In this document: piece by piece, positions 8,482 through 16,377 of the stretch
Layout of the letters: the number at the start of each line of letters is the position of its first letter
Numbering within the stretch: position 1 is the first letter of the stretch
Source: a bacterium
GTDB taxonomy: Bacteria > Bacillota > Clostridia > Oscillospirales > Acutalibacteraceae
Direction of reading: 5' to 3'
Assembly (NCBI GenBank): GCA_963625735.1
Contig: CAVFUV010000001.1
Span: 1 to 33,938 of the forward strand
DNA: 33,938 nt
Position numbers and translations under genes: made by a program
The notes under the pieces: model-generated
Seen by the model: the letters and a program-made list of their open reading frames with translations, nothing else
Told to the model about the DNA's origin: nothing
Databases searched by the model: none

Positions 8482-9561
8482 TTAGCTAAGTTTCGTATAT
8501 CCGCTCTGCGTGCTTCTCACGAACCCGATATACGACTTGCCGGGGTTGAGTGAAAGCGTGCTGCCGTCGGAGGCGTAGAGCTTGAGCATATCTCTGTCGG
8601 AGCCCTTTGCCCATGTAATCTGCTGAGAAACACCGTTGCTTAGATAAATTCCGCTGCCGCCCGTGAGGTCAAGCTCCTGATGTCCGGTGGAATCGAGAGT
8701 TGACATTGCGGTATAGAGAACAAGAACATTTTCGTAGGCGCACTGATTGCCGTCATCGTCCTTGCGTGCGGATGAATTTATATCGCAGTAATAAAGTCCG
8801 TCGGATGAATTGTAATTAAACTCATATGTATATGAGCTTGAAAAAGCGAAATAGATTGAGTTGCACGCTGTCCCGGCGGGTGTCGCAACAGCGGAATTAA
8901 AGCTGAACGGATGCTCATATCCGCTTGTAAGTGTCATGTCGATATTGTTTGCGACATACTCACGAAGTCCGTCCCCCTTAAGTGTAAGGCGATGCTCGCT
9001 CGAGGTGCTTCTTGAGGTATTTCTTACAAAGAAGGACTGCGACGCCATGCCGTCAATCTCTTTAAGCGTGCCGGAATACTGATTTATCTTGTTGTACGCC
9101 ATCGGGCTTCCGCCGCAGTGAATGAACAGTGCGTCAAGCCCCAGGGCAAGTTCGACAACATCGTGACGTGCGCTTCTGATGGGTCCTACGGTATCGGGCA
9201 CATCGTTAATATCGGCATAGAGCCACAGCATACGGGTAATGCCGCCCTCAACCTCGTATTCAAGAAGCATATCGGGAGAGGTAAGTCCCCACTGAGGACG
9301 GGCCGCCGGTGTATTTTCGACAACAATGGCAACGGGCTTCTGCCCCTGTGTCTCAAAGCCGCTGAGCCCTGTCAGAGGGTTTATTGTGCCTGTCTGCACT
9401 TCGGATGTTGTATTTTCGCCGTCGGACGTTACGCCGTCTTCGGCTATCGGAGCGACGGTTGTGTCATCGGTCGACTTTTTTCCGCAGGAAGAAAGAGACA
9501 TTGCGGCTGTTGCGGTAAGTGCCGCCGCTGTCAGAAGTGAAATGATTTTTTTGCAGTACAT
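8482..9561 (-). CDS. DUF3048 (YerB-like) lipoprotein
   Basis: Lipobox is LSSC. Motifs NPLTGL, KPVAIVVEN..ARPQWGL and GGITRMLWLY resemble B. subtilis YerB. The ATG at 9561 follows an AAGGAG SD. The longer ORF to 9663 starts inside a heptad array. Confidence 0.8.
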   Translation of the reverse strand: MYCKKIISLLTAAALTATAAMSLSSCGKKSTDDTTVAPIAEDGVTSDGENTTSEVQTGTINPLTGLSGFETQGQKPVAIVVENTPAARPQWGLTSPDMLLEYEVEGGITRMLWLYADINDVPDTVGPIRSARHDVVELALGLDALFIHCGGSPMAYNKINQYSGTLKEIDGMASQSFFVRNTSRSTSSEHRLTLKGDGLREYVANNIDMTLTSGYEHPFSFNSAVATPAGTACNSIYFAFSSSYTYEFNYNSSDGLYYCDINSSARKDDDGNQCAYENVLVLYTAMSTLDSTGHQELDLTGGSGIYLSNGVSQQITWAKGSDRDMLKLYASDGSTLSLNPGKSYIGFVRSTQSGYTKLS

Positions 9562-9646
9562 TTTTTCGGATCTCCTTAAATTATATGTGAAAATTATTAT
9601 ACCCTTGCCAAAGCGTTTTTTCAATAGCAAATCGAAGAGACGAAAT

Positions 9647-9755
9647 AAATTAACAATTAACAATTAATAATTTACAATTTCGGAAGACACTGCGTGTCTT
9701 GTATTGAAAAAGCTTCGCAAAACAACTCCACACTCCACTCTCCACACTCCACACT
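9647..9755 (+). repeat. half element followed by ACTCCAC heptads
   Basis: Modules in order are TTAACAA-type heptads, CGGAAGACAC-TGC-GTGTCTTG, TATTGAAAAAGCTTCGC and (ACTCCAC)x4. Confidence 0.9.
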
Positions 9756-9816
9756 TGCGGCACGCGACATTTTCCGCACTTCCCACTCAACCACTCGTTT
9801 GCCGCACAATTTATGC

Positions 9817-9845
9817 TTGACAAACCGTCAAAAATGTGCTATGAT
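9817..9845 (+). promoter_or_regulatory. candidate promoter of ylxM-ffh
   Basis: TTGACA-17 nt-TATGAT, with TGc as an extended -10. Confidence 0.6.
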
Positions 9846-9897
9846 ATCGCCTGTAAAGTTTCGCACCTTTACACACTCTCACGAAGGAGAAATAACC

Positions 9898-10260
9898 GTG
9901 GCTAAAGATCTTGAAATCACCATATTGCTCGATTTCTACGGCGATATGCTCACACCGAAACAGCGTGAGTTTCTCGACTTCTATTACAACGAAGACCTGT
10001 CGCTCGCCGAAATAGCCGCGAATGTGGGCATCACACGTCAGGGTGTGCGTGACTCCATAAAGCGTGCCGAATGTCAGCTTTTCGACATGGAGCAGCGTCT
10101 GGGGCTTGTCGCCCGCTTCAAAGAGGTCAGAAAAGGGCTCGAGGAAATAACCGAGTGTGCCAATAAAATAAGCGCCGAGAACCGCAAATGCGGGCTCTCC
10201 CGTGAAATAAGCGACCTCACAGTGCGAATTAAATCAATAGCTGTTTCACTTTCCGAATAA
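9898..10260 (+). CDS. ylxM: YlxM/UPF0122 putative DNA-binding protein upstream of ffh
   Basis: GTG start at 9898 after a GAAGGAGA SD. It has a sigma-70 region-4-like HTH (LSLAEIAANVGITRQGVRD) and conserved synteny with ffh. Confidence 0.8.
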   Translation: MAKDLEITILLDFYGDMLTPKQREFLDFYYNEDLSLAEIAANVGITRQGVRDSIKRAECQLFDMEQRLGLVARFKEVRKGLEEITECANKISAENRKCGLSREISDLTVRIKSIAVSLSE

Positions 10261-10280
10261 AATGGGAAGGAGTTGTATCT

Positions 10281-11630
10281 ATGGCATTTGAAGGCCTTTC
10301 CGACAAGCTTGACTCCGCGTTCAAAAAGCTCAGAAGCAAGGGTACTCTTAACGAAGCGGATGTAAAGGAAGCTATGCGAGAAGTGCGTCTGGCACTGCTC
10401 GAGGCCGATGTAAGCTACAAGGTCGCCAAAGACTTTACGGCGAGAGTTACCGAAAAAGCCATCGGCGAAAAGGTAATGGAAAGTCTTACCCCCGCTCAGA
10501 CGGTTATAAAAATCGTAAATGAGGAGCTTACCGCTCTTATGGGCGGCACTCAGGCAAGACTCACCGAAGCCGCTCACCCGCCGACAATAGTCATGATGTG
10601 CGGTCTTCAGGGTTCAGGTAAAACCACGCATTCCGCAAAGATAGCTAAAATGCTCAAGGGCAAGGGTCACCGTCCGCTTCTGGCGGCGTGCGACATATAC
10701 CGCCCGGCGGCTATAAAGCAGCTGCAGGTTATCGGTGAACAGGCAGGCGTTCCGGTGTTTGAAATGGGCACCGAAAACCCCGTCACAATCGCAACCGAAG
10801 CCGTAAAGCTCGCAAAAGACAAAGGCTACGACTATGTATTTCTTGACACCGCCGGACGTCTGCATATAGATGAACGTCTTATGCAGGAGCTTAAAGACAT
10901 TAAGGCGGCAGTCAAACCTCATGAAATTCTTCTTGTTGTCGACTCCATGACAGGTCAGGACGCCGTAAACGTCGCTTCAACATTCAACGAAGCACTCGGC
11001 ATTGACGGACTTGTTCTTACAAAGCTTGACGGCGACACCAGAGGCGGTGCGGCACTGTCCGCAAGAGCCGTAACAGGCAAGCCGATAAAATTCGTCGGCA
11101 TCGGCGAAAAGCTCGATGACCTCGATGTTTTCCATCCCGACAGAATGGCATCCCGTATTCTCGGCATGGGCGATGTGCTCTCACTTATCGAAAAAGCGGA
11201 GCAGGCACTCGACGAGAAAAAAGCCGAGGAGCTTGAGCAGAAGCTTCGTCAGAACAGATTCGACTTAAACGACCTGCTCTATCAGATGGAAGAAATGAAG
11301 AAAATGGGCTCGATGAAAGACATTCTCTCCATGATTCCGGGGCTCGGCAAAAAACTTAAGGACGTTGATATTGACGACAGACAGCTTGACAAGACAAAGG
11401 CTATCATATTGTCAATGACAAACAAAGAGCGTGAAAAGCCGGACATAATAAATCCCTCAAGAAAACGCCGTATAGCGGCAGGCTGCGGAATGCAGGTTGA
11501 GGACGTCAACAGACTTCTGTCACAGTATAAGCAGATGCAGAAAATGTTCAAGCAGTTCGGCGGAAACAAAAACGCAAAGAAAATGAAGCGTAAGCTGCCT
11601 CCCGGTTACAGAGGCCCGCTTAAACCGTAA
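10281..11630 (+). CDS. ffh: signal recognition particle protein Ffh
   Basis: GTPase motifs are GLQGSGKTT, DTAGR and TKLD. The C-terminal M domain is Met-rich. Confidence 0.97.
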   Translation: MAFEGLSDKLDSAFKKLRSKGTLNEADVKEAMREVRLALLEADVSYKVAKDFTARVTEKAIGEKVMESLTPAQTVIKIVNEELTALMGGTQARLTEAAHPPTIVMMCGLQGSGKTTHSAKIAKMLKGKGHRPLLAACDIYRPAAIKQLQVIGEQAGVPVFEMGTENPVTIATEAVKLAKDKGYDYVFLDTAGRLHIDERLMQELKDIKAAVKPHEILLVVDSMTGQDAVNVASTFNEALGIDGLVLTKLDGDTRGGAALSARAVTGKPIKFVGIGEKLDDLDVFHPDRMASRILGMGDVLSLIEKAEQALDEKKAEELEQKLRQNRFDLNDLLYQMEEMKKMGSMKDILSMIPGLGKKLKDVDIDDRQLDKTKAIILSMTNKEREKPDIINPSRKRRIAAGCGMQVEDVNRLLSQYKQMQKMFKQFGGNKNAKKMKRKLPPGYRGPLKP

Positions 11631-11640
11631 TTCATAATTT

Positions 11641-11654
11641 GCTTCGCAAGAGGC
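11641..11654 (+). repeat. solo box GCTTCGCAAGAGGC in the ffh-rpsP spacer
   Basis: The 13-mer GCTTCGCAAGAGG is identical to 12334-12346. It sits in a small TTTGC...GCAAA hairpin. Confidence 0.5.
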
Positions 11655-11703
11655 AAACATAGAATAAAAAAACTAAAATATTATTTTTTCGGAGGAAAAA
11701 ACA

Positions 11704-11946
11704 ATGGTTAAAATTCGTCTGCGCCGTATGGGCGCGAAAAAAGCTCCCTTCTACCGCATCGTAGTTGCCGATTCAAGATATCCCCGTGACGGCAGATTCA
11801 TCGAGGAAATCGGTTATTATGATCCCATGAAGGAGCCCAAGGTAATCAAGGTTGACGCGGAAAAGGCTCAGCAGTGGATTAAGAACGGCGCTCAGCCCAC
11901 AGAAACAGTTAAGGCTCTTCTTAAGAAGTCCGGCGCTATTGACTGA
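11704..11946 (+). CDS. rpsP: 30S ribosomal protein S16
   Basis: [25 protein letters not shown] is the canonical S16 N-terminus. Confidence 0.97.
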   Translation: MVKIRLRRMGAKKAPFYRIVVADSRYPRDGRFIEEIGYYDPMKEPKVIKVDAEKAQQWIKNGAQPTETVKALLKKSGAID

Positions 11947-11969
11947 TTTTTCCCACGGAGGAAAAAAGA

Positions 11970-12203
11970 ATGAAAGAATTACTTGAAGCACTTGCGAAAA
12001 GCCTTGTTGACAATCCCGAGGCAGTCGAGGTTACGGCAGATGAGAAAAACGAAAACGGTGTTACCGTTCTTCATCTCAAGGTCGCCGAGAACGACATCGG
12101 CAGAGTAATCGGCAAGCAGGGCAAAATAGCAAAGGCTATCAGAACTGTCATGCGCTCAGCGGCAAACAGACAGAACGAAAAGGTTCAGGTTGAAATCAAC
12201 TGA
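11970..12203 (+). CDS. KH-domain RNA-binding protein (YlqC/UPF0109)
   Basis: GRVIGKQGKIAKAIRTV is a KH GXXG motif. Its position after rpsP is conserved. Confidence 0.9.
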   Translation: MKELLEALAKSLVDNPEAVEVTADEKNENGVTVLHLKVAENDIGRVIGKQGKIAKAIRTVMRSAANRQNEKVQVEIN

Positions 12204-12221
12204 ACAAGGCAGAATGAAATC

Positions 12222-12252
12222 GGGCACTCCGCTTTATGCGGGGGCCTTTTTC
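12222..12252 (+). terminator. probable terminator after the KH-protein gene
   Basis: Imperfect GGGCACTCCGC/GCGGGGGCC hairpin followed by T5. Confidence 0.5.
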
Positions 12253-12430
12253 AATTAGCAATTAGCAGTTAGCAATTGGCAATGGAAGGGACCGGAGGTC
12301 AGGGACCGGAGGTCAGGGGCCGGGGGCCGGGGGCTTCGCAAGAGGTTAACTGAAAAAATTGTCTTGTCGGGTTCGAGACACTTTTTAAATTAACAATTGG
12401 CAATGAGAAAAAGTGACCGGTATCCGTTTG
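12252..12430 (+). repeat. element: AGCAATT heptads - (GGGACCGGAGGTCA)x2 - GGGGCCG heptads - GCTTCGCAAGAGG - hairpin - partial second unit
   Basis: Read directly from the sequence. It lies between the KH-protein terminator and the flippase 3' fragment. Confidence 0.85.
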
Positions 12431-12475
12431 CAGGGCTTTGCTGTGAGCGAAATGTACCGCTATTTGTGGTTTGAT

Positions 12476-12544
12476 GATATTTTAATGCTCCCGATGGGAA
12501 GAAAAATAGCAAAAGGTCTTGCAAAATTCGGGCTTATAGAGTAA
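12476..12544 (+). pseudogene. orphan 3'-terminal fragment (last 22 codons + stop) of the MurJ/SpoVB-like flippase gene
   Basis: It translates to DILMLPMGRKIAKGLAKFGLIE*. The 72 nt at 12476-12547 match the reverse complement of 20606-20677 at 70/72 positions. Similarity stops abruptly upstream. Confidence 0.8.
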
Positions 12545-12583
12545 AATGTTTTTTGTATCGCGTTAATGGGGAGGACAAAGATA

Positions 12584-13456
12584 ATGGTTGATAATTTTAC
12601 ATTCAAAGACAGCTATAATATGGATGACCTTGTTGAGATTATCGCAATCCTTCGTGCTCCCGGCGGTTGTCCGTGGGATGCCGAGCAGACGCATGAAAGC
12701 ATAAAGAAGAATTTTATCGAAGAGACATACGAAGTAATTGAGGCAATAAACAAAAAAAGTCCCGAAATGCTCCGTGAAGAGCTGGGTGATGTTCTTCTTC
12801 AGGTTGTTCTTCATACACAGATGGCGAGCGAAAACAACGCGTTTACATTTGACGATGTATGTGACGAGATATGCAAAAAGCTTATAATCCGTCATCCGCA
12901 TGTATTCGGTGATGTTACCGTCAGCGACACGGGCGAGGTGCTTAAAAACTGGGACGCGATAAAAATGCAGACCAAGAAGCAGAAAAGCGTGACGGAGAGC
13001 ATAGATTCCATTCCTCGTGAGCTGCCGTCACTTATGCGCGCACAGAAGGTTCAGCATAAGGCCGCAAAGGCGGGCTTTGACTGGGACAATATCGGCGGCG
13101 CACTCGACAAGGTGAGCGAGGAAGCAAGCGAAGTCAAAGAGGCTCTTGCCGAAAATGACAAGGAGCATGTGTCCGAAGAAATCGGCGATCTGCTTTTCGC
13201 CTGCGTGAATGTCTGCCGTTTTGCCGATACGGACGGTGAGGAAGCGCTTACAGCCGCAACGGATAAATTCGCCGCTCGCTTTGCGATAGTCGAACGCCTT
13301 GCAAAAGAACGTGGGATAGATATGAAGACAGCAACTATTGAGACGCTGGATGAGATGTGGGACGAAGCGAAGAAGCAATTGGCAATGGAAAAGGGGTCAG
13401 GTTCCGGGGGCCGGGGGTCGGGGAAGACACTGCGTGCCTTGGATTGTATGGCTTAG
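12584..13456 (+). CDS. mazG: nucleoside triphosphate pyrophosphohydrolase MazG, with repeat-derived C-terminal extension
   Basis: Two tandem MazG domains (EETYEVIEAI, ELGDVLLQV, EEASEVKEAL, EIGDLLFACV). The ATG at 12584 follows a GGGGAGG SD. The last 27 codons are read from the intergenic repeat element. Confidence 0.9.
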   Translation: MVDNFTFKDSYNMDDLVEIIAILRAPGGCPWDAEQTHESIKKNFIEETYEVIEAINKKSPEMLREELGDVLLQVVLHTQMASENNAFTFDDVCDEICKKLIIRHPHVFGDVTVSDTGEVLKNWDAIKMQTKKQKSVTESIDSIPRELPSLMRAQKVQHKAAKAGFDWDNIGGALDKVSEEASEVKEALAENDKEHVSEEIGDLLFACVNVCRFADTDGEEALTAATDKFAARFAIVERLAKERGIDMKTATIETLDEMWDEAKKQLAMEKGSGSGGRGSGKTLRALDCMA

Positions 13457-13501
13457 CTTTTTGCGAAGCCGACTCCACACTCCACACTCCACACTCCACA
13501 C
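13374..13501 (+). repeat. element copy 1 (AGCAATT/GGGGNCG heptads - stem-loop - box hairpin - ACTCCAC x4), overlapping the mazG 3' end
   Basis: Modules in order are AGCAATTGGCAATGG, GGGGTCAGGTTCCGGGGGCCGGGGGTCGGGG, AAGACAC-TGC-GTGCCTT, GGATTGTATGGCTTAGCTTTTTGCGAAGCC and ACTCCAC heptads. Confidence 0.9.
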
Positions 13502-13712
13502 TTTTAAACAGCTGACCGCTTAATTAAATTTGACAAAACGTCTTATGGTATTAGCAATCAGCAAATGGAAAAAGGGGTCGGGGTCGGGCCGGGAAAACAC
13601 TGCATACCTTGGATTATATGGCTTAGCTTTTTGCGAAGCCGACTCCACACTCCACACTCCACACTTTTAAACAGCTGACCGCTTAATTAAATTTGACAAA
13701 ACGCCTTATGGC
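13448..13712 (+). repeat. ~165-bp tandem duplication spanning element 3' half plus the hup upstream region
   Basis: The segment ATGGCTTAGCTTTTTGCGAAGCCG(ACTCCAC)nACTTTTAAACAGCTGACCGCTTAATTAAATTTGACAAAACGYCTTATGG occurs twice (13448-13548 and 13618-13711). The copies differ by one heptad and one SNP. Confidence 0.9.
13551..13665 (+). repeat. element copy 2 (decayed stem-loop, ACTCCAC x3)
   Basis: Same module order as copy 1. The stem-loop is degenerate (AAAACAC-TGC-ATACCTT). Confidence 0.85.
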
Positions 13713-13739
13713 TTTTGAAATATACAGGAGGAAACAAAA

Positions 13740-14012
13740 ATGAATAAGACAGAGCTTGTAGCTGCCGTTATGGAAAAATCGGGTCTCGATAAGAAGGCCG
13801 CAGATGCAGCGGTAAAGGCAACATTTGAAGCAATCACAGACGCTCTTGCAAAGGGCGATAAGGTTCAGCTCATCGGTTTCGGTACTTTTGATGTTCGTGA
13901 AAGAGCCGCAAGAGAAGCTATAAACCCCCAGACCAAAGAAAAGATTGCCGTTGAAGCCTGCAAGGTTCCCGGATTCAAGGCCGGCGCAGCACTTAAGAAC
14001 GCTGTAAAATAA
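13740..14012 (+). CDS. hup: DNA-binding protein HU
   Basis: MNKTELV...GFGTFDVRERAAREAINPQT is canonical HU. AGGAGG SD upstream and terminator downstream. Confidence 0.97.
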   Translation: MNKTELVAAVMEKSGLDKKAADAAVKATFEAITDALAKGDKVQLIGFGTFDVRERAAREAINPQTKEKIAVEACKVPGFKAGAALKNAVK

Positions 14013-14033
14013 TTTAATTCGTAAGAACAATTT

Positions 14034-14071
14034 CGCACCCTCGACGTAATGCCGGAGGTGCGGTTTTGTTT
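14034..14071 (+). terminator. intrinsic terminator of hup
   Basis: CGCACCCTC...GAGGTGCG hairpin followed by GTTTTGTTT. Confidence 0.8.
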
Positions 14072-14073
14072 AA

Positions 14074-14146
14074 TGCAGAATTAAGAATGCATAATGCATA
14101 ATGTCGGAAGTCCGCAAGACTTCCGAAATTGTTAATTGTTAATTAT
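14074..14146. repeat. minimal element: GCATAAT heptads - stem-loop GGAAGTC-CGCAA-GACTTCC - TTGTTAA heptads
   Basis: Read directly from the sequence, immediately after the hup terminator. Confidence 0.85.
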
Positions 14147-14168
14147 AAACAGCCGGGAGGAATTTATA

Positions 14169-14654
14169 GTGTCAATAGAAAAAGTTACGGCGTATTTTCG
14201 TTCGATGAACGCCGAGGATAAGATAAAGGTATTTGATGTATCGTCCGCAACAGTCGCTTTGGCGGCAAAGGCACTCGGCACAGAAGAGGCACGCATTGCC
14301 AAAACCATGTCATTTACAGTTAACGGCACACCAGTGCTTATAGTAACGGCAGGCGATACCAAAATCGCGAACTCAAAATTTAAGACATATTTTCACGTAA
14401 AGGCGAAAATGCTGACGGCCGAGGAGCTGACGGAATACGTCGGCCACGCTCCGGGCGGGGTCTGCCCGTTTGCCCTTAAAGACGGATGCAAGGTCTATCT
14501 TGATGAATCGCTTAAAAGATTTGATATTGTCTATCCCGCGGCGGGCAGCGCGAATTCCGCAGTTGAGCTGACACCCGACGAACTCGAAAAATATTCCAAC
14601 CCCGTCGGCTGGGTTGATGTTTGCAATATTGTTGAAAAAACTGCCGAATCGTAA
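14169..14654 (+). CDS. YbaK/EbsC-family aminoacyl-tRNA editing domain protein
   Basis: Motifs are AKTMSF and GGVCPF. I prefer the GTG at 14169 after a GGGAGGA SD. The ATG at 14136 lies inside a TTGTTAA heptad array. Confidence 0.75.
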   Translation: MSIEKVTAYFRSMNAEDKIKVFDVSSATVALAAKALGTEEARIAKTMSFTVNGTPVLIVTAGDTKIANSKFKTYFHVKAKMLTAEELTEYVGHAPGGVCPFALKDGCKVYLDESLKRFDIVYPAAGSANSAVELTPDELEKYSNPVGWVDVCNIVEKTAES

Positions 14655-14669
14655 TCTACCGAATCGTAC

Positions 14670-14698
14670 TTGACTAAATTTTTCTGTTGTCGTATACT
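14670..14698 (+). promoter_or_regulatory. candidate promoter of the DUF234 ATPase gene
   Basis: TTGACT-17 nt-TATACT. Confidence 0.5.
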
Positions 14699-14730
14699 GA
14701 ATACGGATAAATTTTTTCAGGGGTGATTTC

Positions 14731-16134
14731 ATGTTTATCGGTCGTGAAAAAGAGCTTAATATTCTGAACAGACTGTATGAGTCCGACAGATTTGAATTTG
14801 CCGTTATATACGGTCGCCGCCGTGTTGGCAAAACAGCACTTATAAATAAATTTCTTGACGGAAAAAAAGCCGTTTATTTTACCGGGGTTGAGAGCAACGC
14901 AAAACAAAATCTTGAAAACCTGAGCAAATGTATTGCCGAATATAACGGCGGAATTCCTGCTGATGCCGTGTTTTCATCTGTACAGTCGGCTGTTGAATTT
15001 TTATTTGAGCTTGCCGAAGACAGACGAATTGTTTTTGTAATTGACGAATATCCGTATTTCGCACGTGCGGAAAAAAGTCTCGCGTCCACCTTGCAGATGC
15101 TTATTGATAAGCATAAAGATTCGTCTAAGCTCATGCTCATTCTCTGCGGTTCGTCAATGTCTTATATGGAAGATAATGTTCTTGCGTATAAGTCTCCGCT
15201 GTACGGCAGACGGACGGCACAGCTTAAAATCGAGCCCTTTGATTTTGAAACTGCCTGCCGCTTTCTCGGCAACTTCTCCGCTGAGGACAAAGCTCTGCTT
15301 TACGGTGCTGTCGGCGGAACACCGCAGTATCTGGCACAGATAAACAACAAATTAAGTGTTGAAGATAACATAAAAAATACGTTTCTGAATGCATCGTCAT
15401 TTCTGTATGAAGAGCCTGTTAATCTCTTAAAACAGGAGGTTCGTGAACCGTCTCTTTACACGGCGATTATCGGTGCGGTTGCGTCCGGTGCGGTAAGAAT
15501 GAAGGAAATTTCAGTTAAAATCGGCGAGAATACAAGCAACAGTTCCTCTTACATAAAAAATCTTATATCGCTCGGAATACTTAAAAAGGAATCTCCATAC
15601 AACGAAAAAGAGTCAAAAAGAACGATTTATGCAATTGAAGACAATATGTTCCGCTTCTGGTATCGTTTTGTTTTGAATAACAGTTCGCTTATTTCACGAG
15701 GAGCGGCAGATCTTGTATACAATCGAATAAAGCCGTTTTTATCGGACTACATGGGAAAGGTATTTGAGGATATCTGCACCGAGTATCTGTGGAAGCTTCT
15801 TCTGACAGGAAAAAGTCCCGTAATGTTTGAATCTCTCGGACGTTGGTGGGGAAATGACCCGAAAGAAAAGTGTCAGACAGAGATTAATATAATGGGTGAG
15901 CAGGATAAAAACACCGCCGTTTTCGCAGAGTGCAAGTGGACAAACGAAAAGGTTGATGTCAAAGTCCTTGATACACTTATAAAGCGCAGTGAACTGTTCT
16001 CATATAAAAATACATTTCTGTTTCTTTTCGCAAAAACAGGTTTTACACAGAGCTGTATTGATAAGGCGGAGAGAATGGGAAATGTAAGACTTGTGAAATA
16101 TGAAGAGATGGCACAATTAGAAATTAGAAATTAG
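14731..16134 (+). CDS. AAA-type ATPase with DUF234 C-terminal domain (archaeal-ATPase family)
   Basis: N-terminus is FIGREKEL. Walker A is YGRRRVGKT and Walker B is VFVIDEYPY. The last six codons and the TAG lie inside the heptad array at 16114-16145. Confidence 0.85.
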   Translation: MFIGREKELNILNRLYESDRFEFAVIYGRRRVGKTALINKFLDGKKAVYFTGVESNAKQNLENLSKCIAEYNGGIPADAVFSSVQSAVEFLFELAEDRRIVFVIDEYPYFARAEKSLASTLQMLIDKHKDSSKLMLILCGSSMSYMEDNVLAYKSPLYGRRTAQLKIEPFDFETACRFLGNFSAEDKALLYGAVGGTPQYLAQINNKLSVEDNIKNTFLNASSFLYEEPVNLLKQEVREPSLYTAIIGAVASGAVRMKEISVKIGENTSNSSSYIKNLISLGILKKESPYNEKESKRTIYAIEDNMFRFWYRFVLNNSSLISRGAADLVYNRIKPFLSDYMGKVFEDICTEYLWKLLLTGKSPVMFESLGRWWGNDPKEKCQTEINIMGEQDKNTAVFAECKWTNEKVDVKVLDTLIKRSELFSYKNTFLFLFAKTGFTQSCIDKAERMGNVRLVKYEEMAQLEIRN

Positions 16135-16256
16135 CAATTAGCAATGAGTGGAAGTGACCGGTATCCGGTGGGCAGTATCCGGTGGCTGAGGAAGGCACAC
16201 AGTGCCTTGGATTTATAAAGCTTCGCAAAAGGTAAGCTAATGATGAGCTTCGCAAA
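16114..16256 (+). repeat. element: AATTAGN heptads - GACCGGTATCCGGTGG-type repeats - stem-loop - GGATTTATAAAGCTTCGC - second GCTTCGC
   Basis: Stem-loop is AAGGCAC-ACA-GTGCCTT at 16192-16208. The element overlaps the ATPase stop codon. Confidence 0.9.
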
Positions 16257-16314
16257 GTGTAGGCTTTTTGGGCGTTGCCGGCACTTCAGCCTTTCAAATC
16301 ACAATACAAAAAAG

Positions 16315-16360
16315 CATTAAAAAATTGCCGAATCGTAAACCGCCTGATTACGATTCGGCA
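16315..16360 (-). terminator. intrinsic terminator of the Cthe_2159-family gene
   Basis: 14-bp stem TTGCCGAATCGTAA/TTACGATTCGGCAA followed by a T-run on the minus strand. Confidence 0.85.
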
Positions 16361-16377
16361 AATTGTTTATATGGTTT

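Noticed and set aside
12452-12544. 31-codon ORF (MYRYLWFDDILMLPMGRKIAKGLAKFGLIE) covering the flippase fragment
   Set aside because: It has no SD. Only the last 22 codons are homologous to the flippase, so it is better explained as a gene remnant than as a functional micro-ORF.
13693-13721. TTGACA-17-TGAAAT as the hup promoter
   Set aside because: The predicted start site would fall inside the AGGAGG SD at 13725-13730, leaving almost no leader. The true promoter is probably elsewhere, possibly in the duplicated upstream copy, so I did not list it as a feature.
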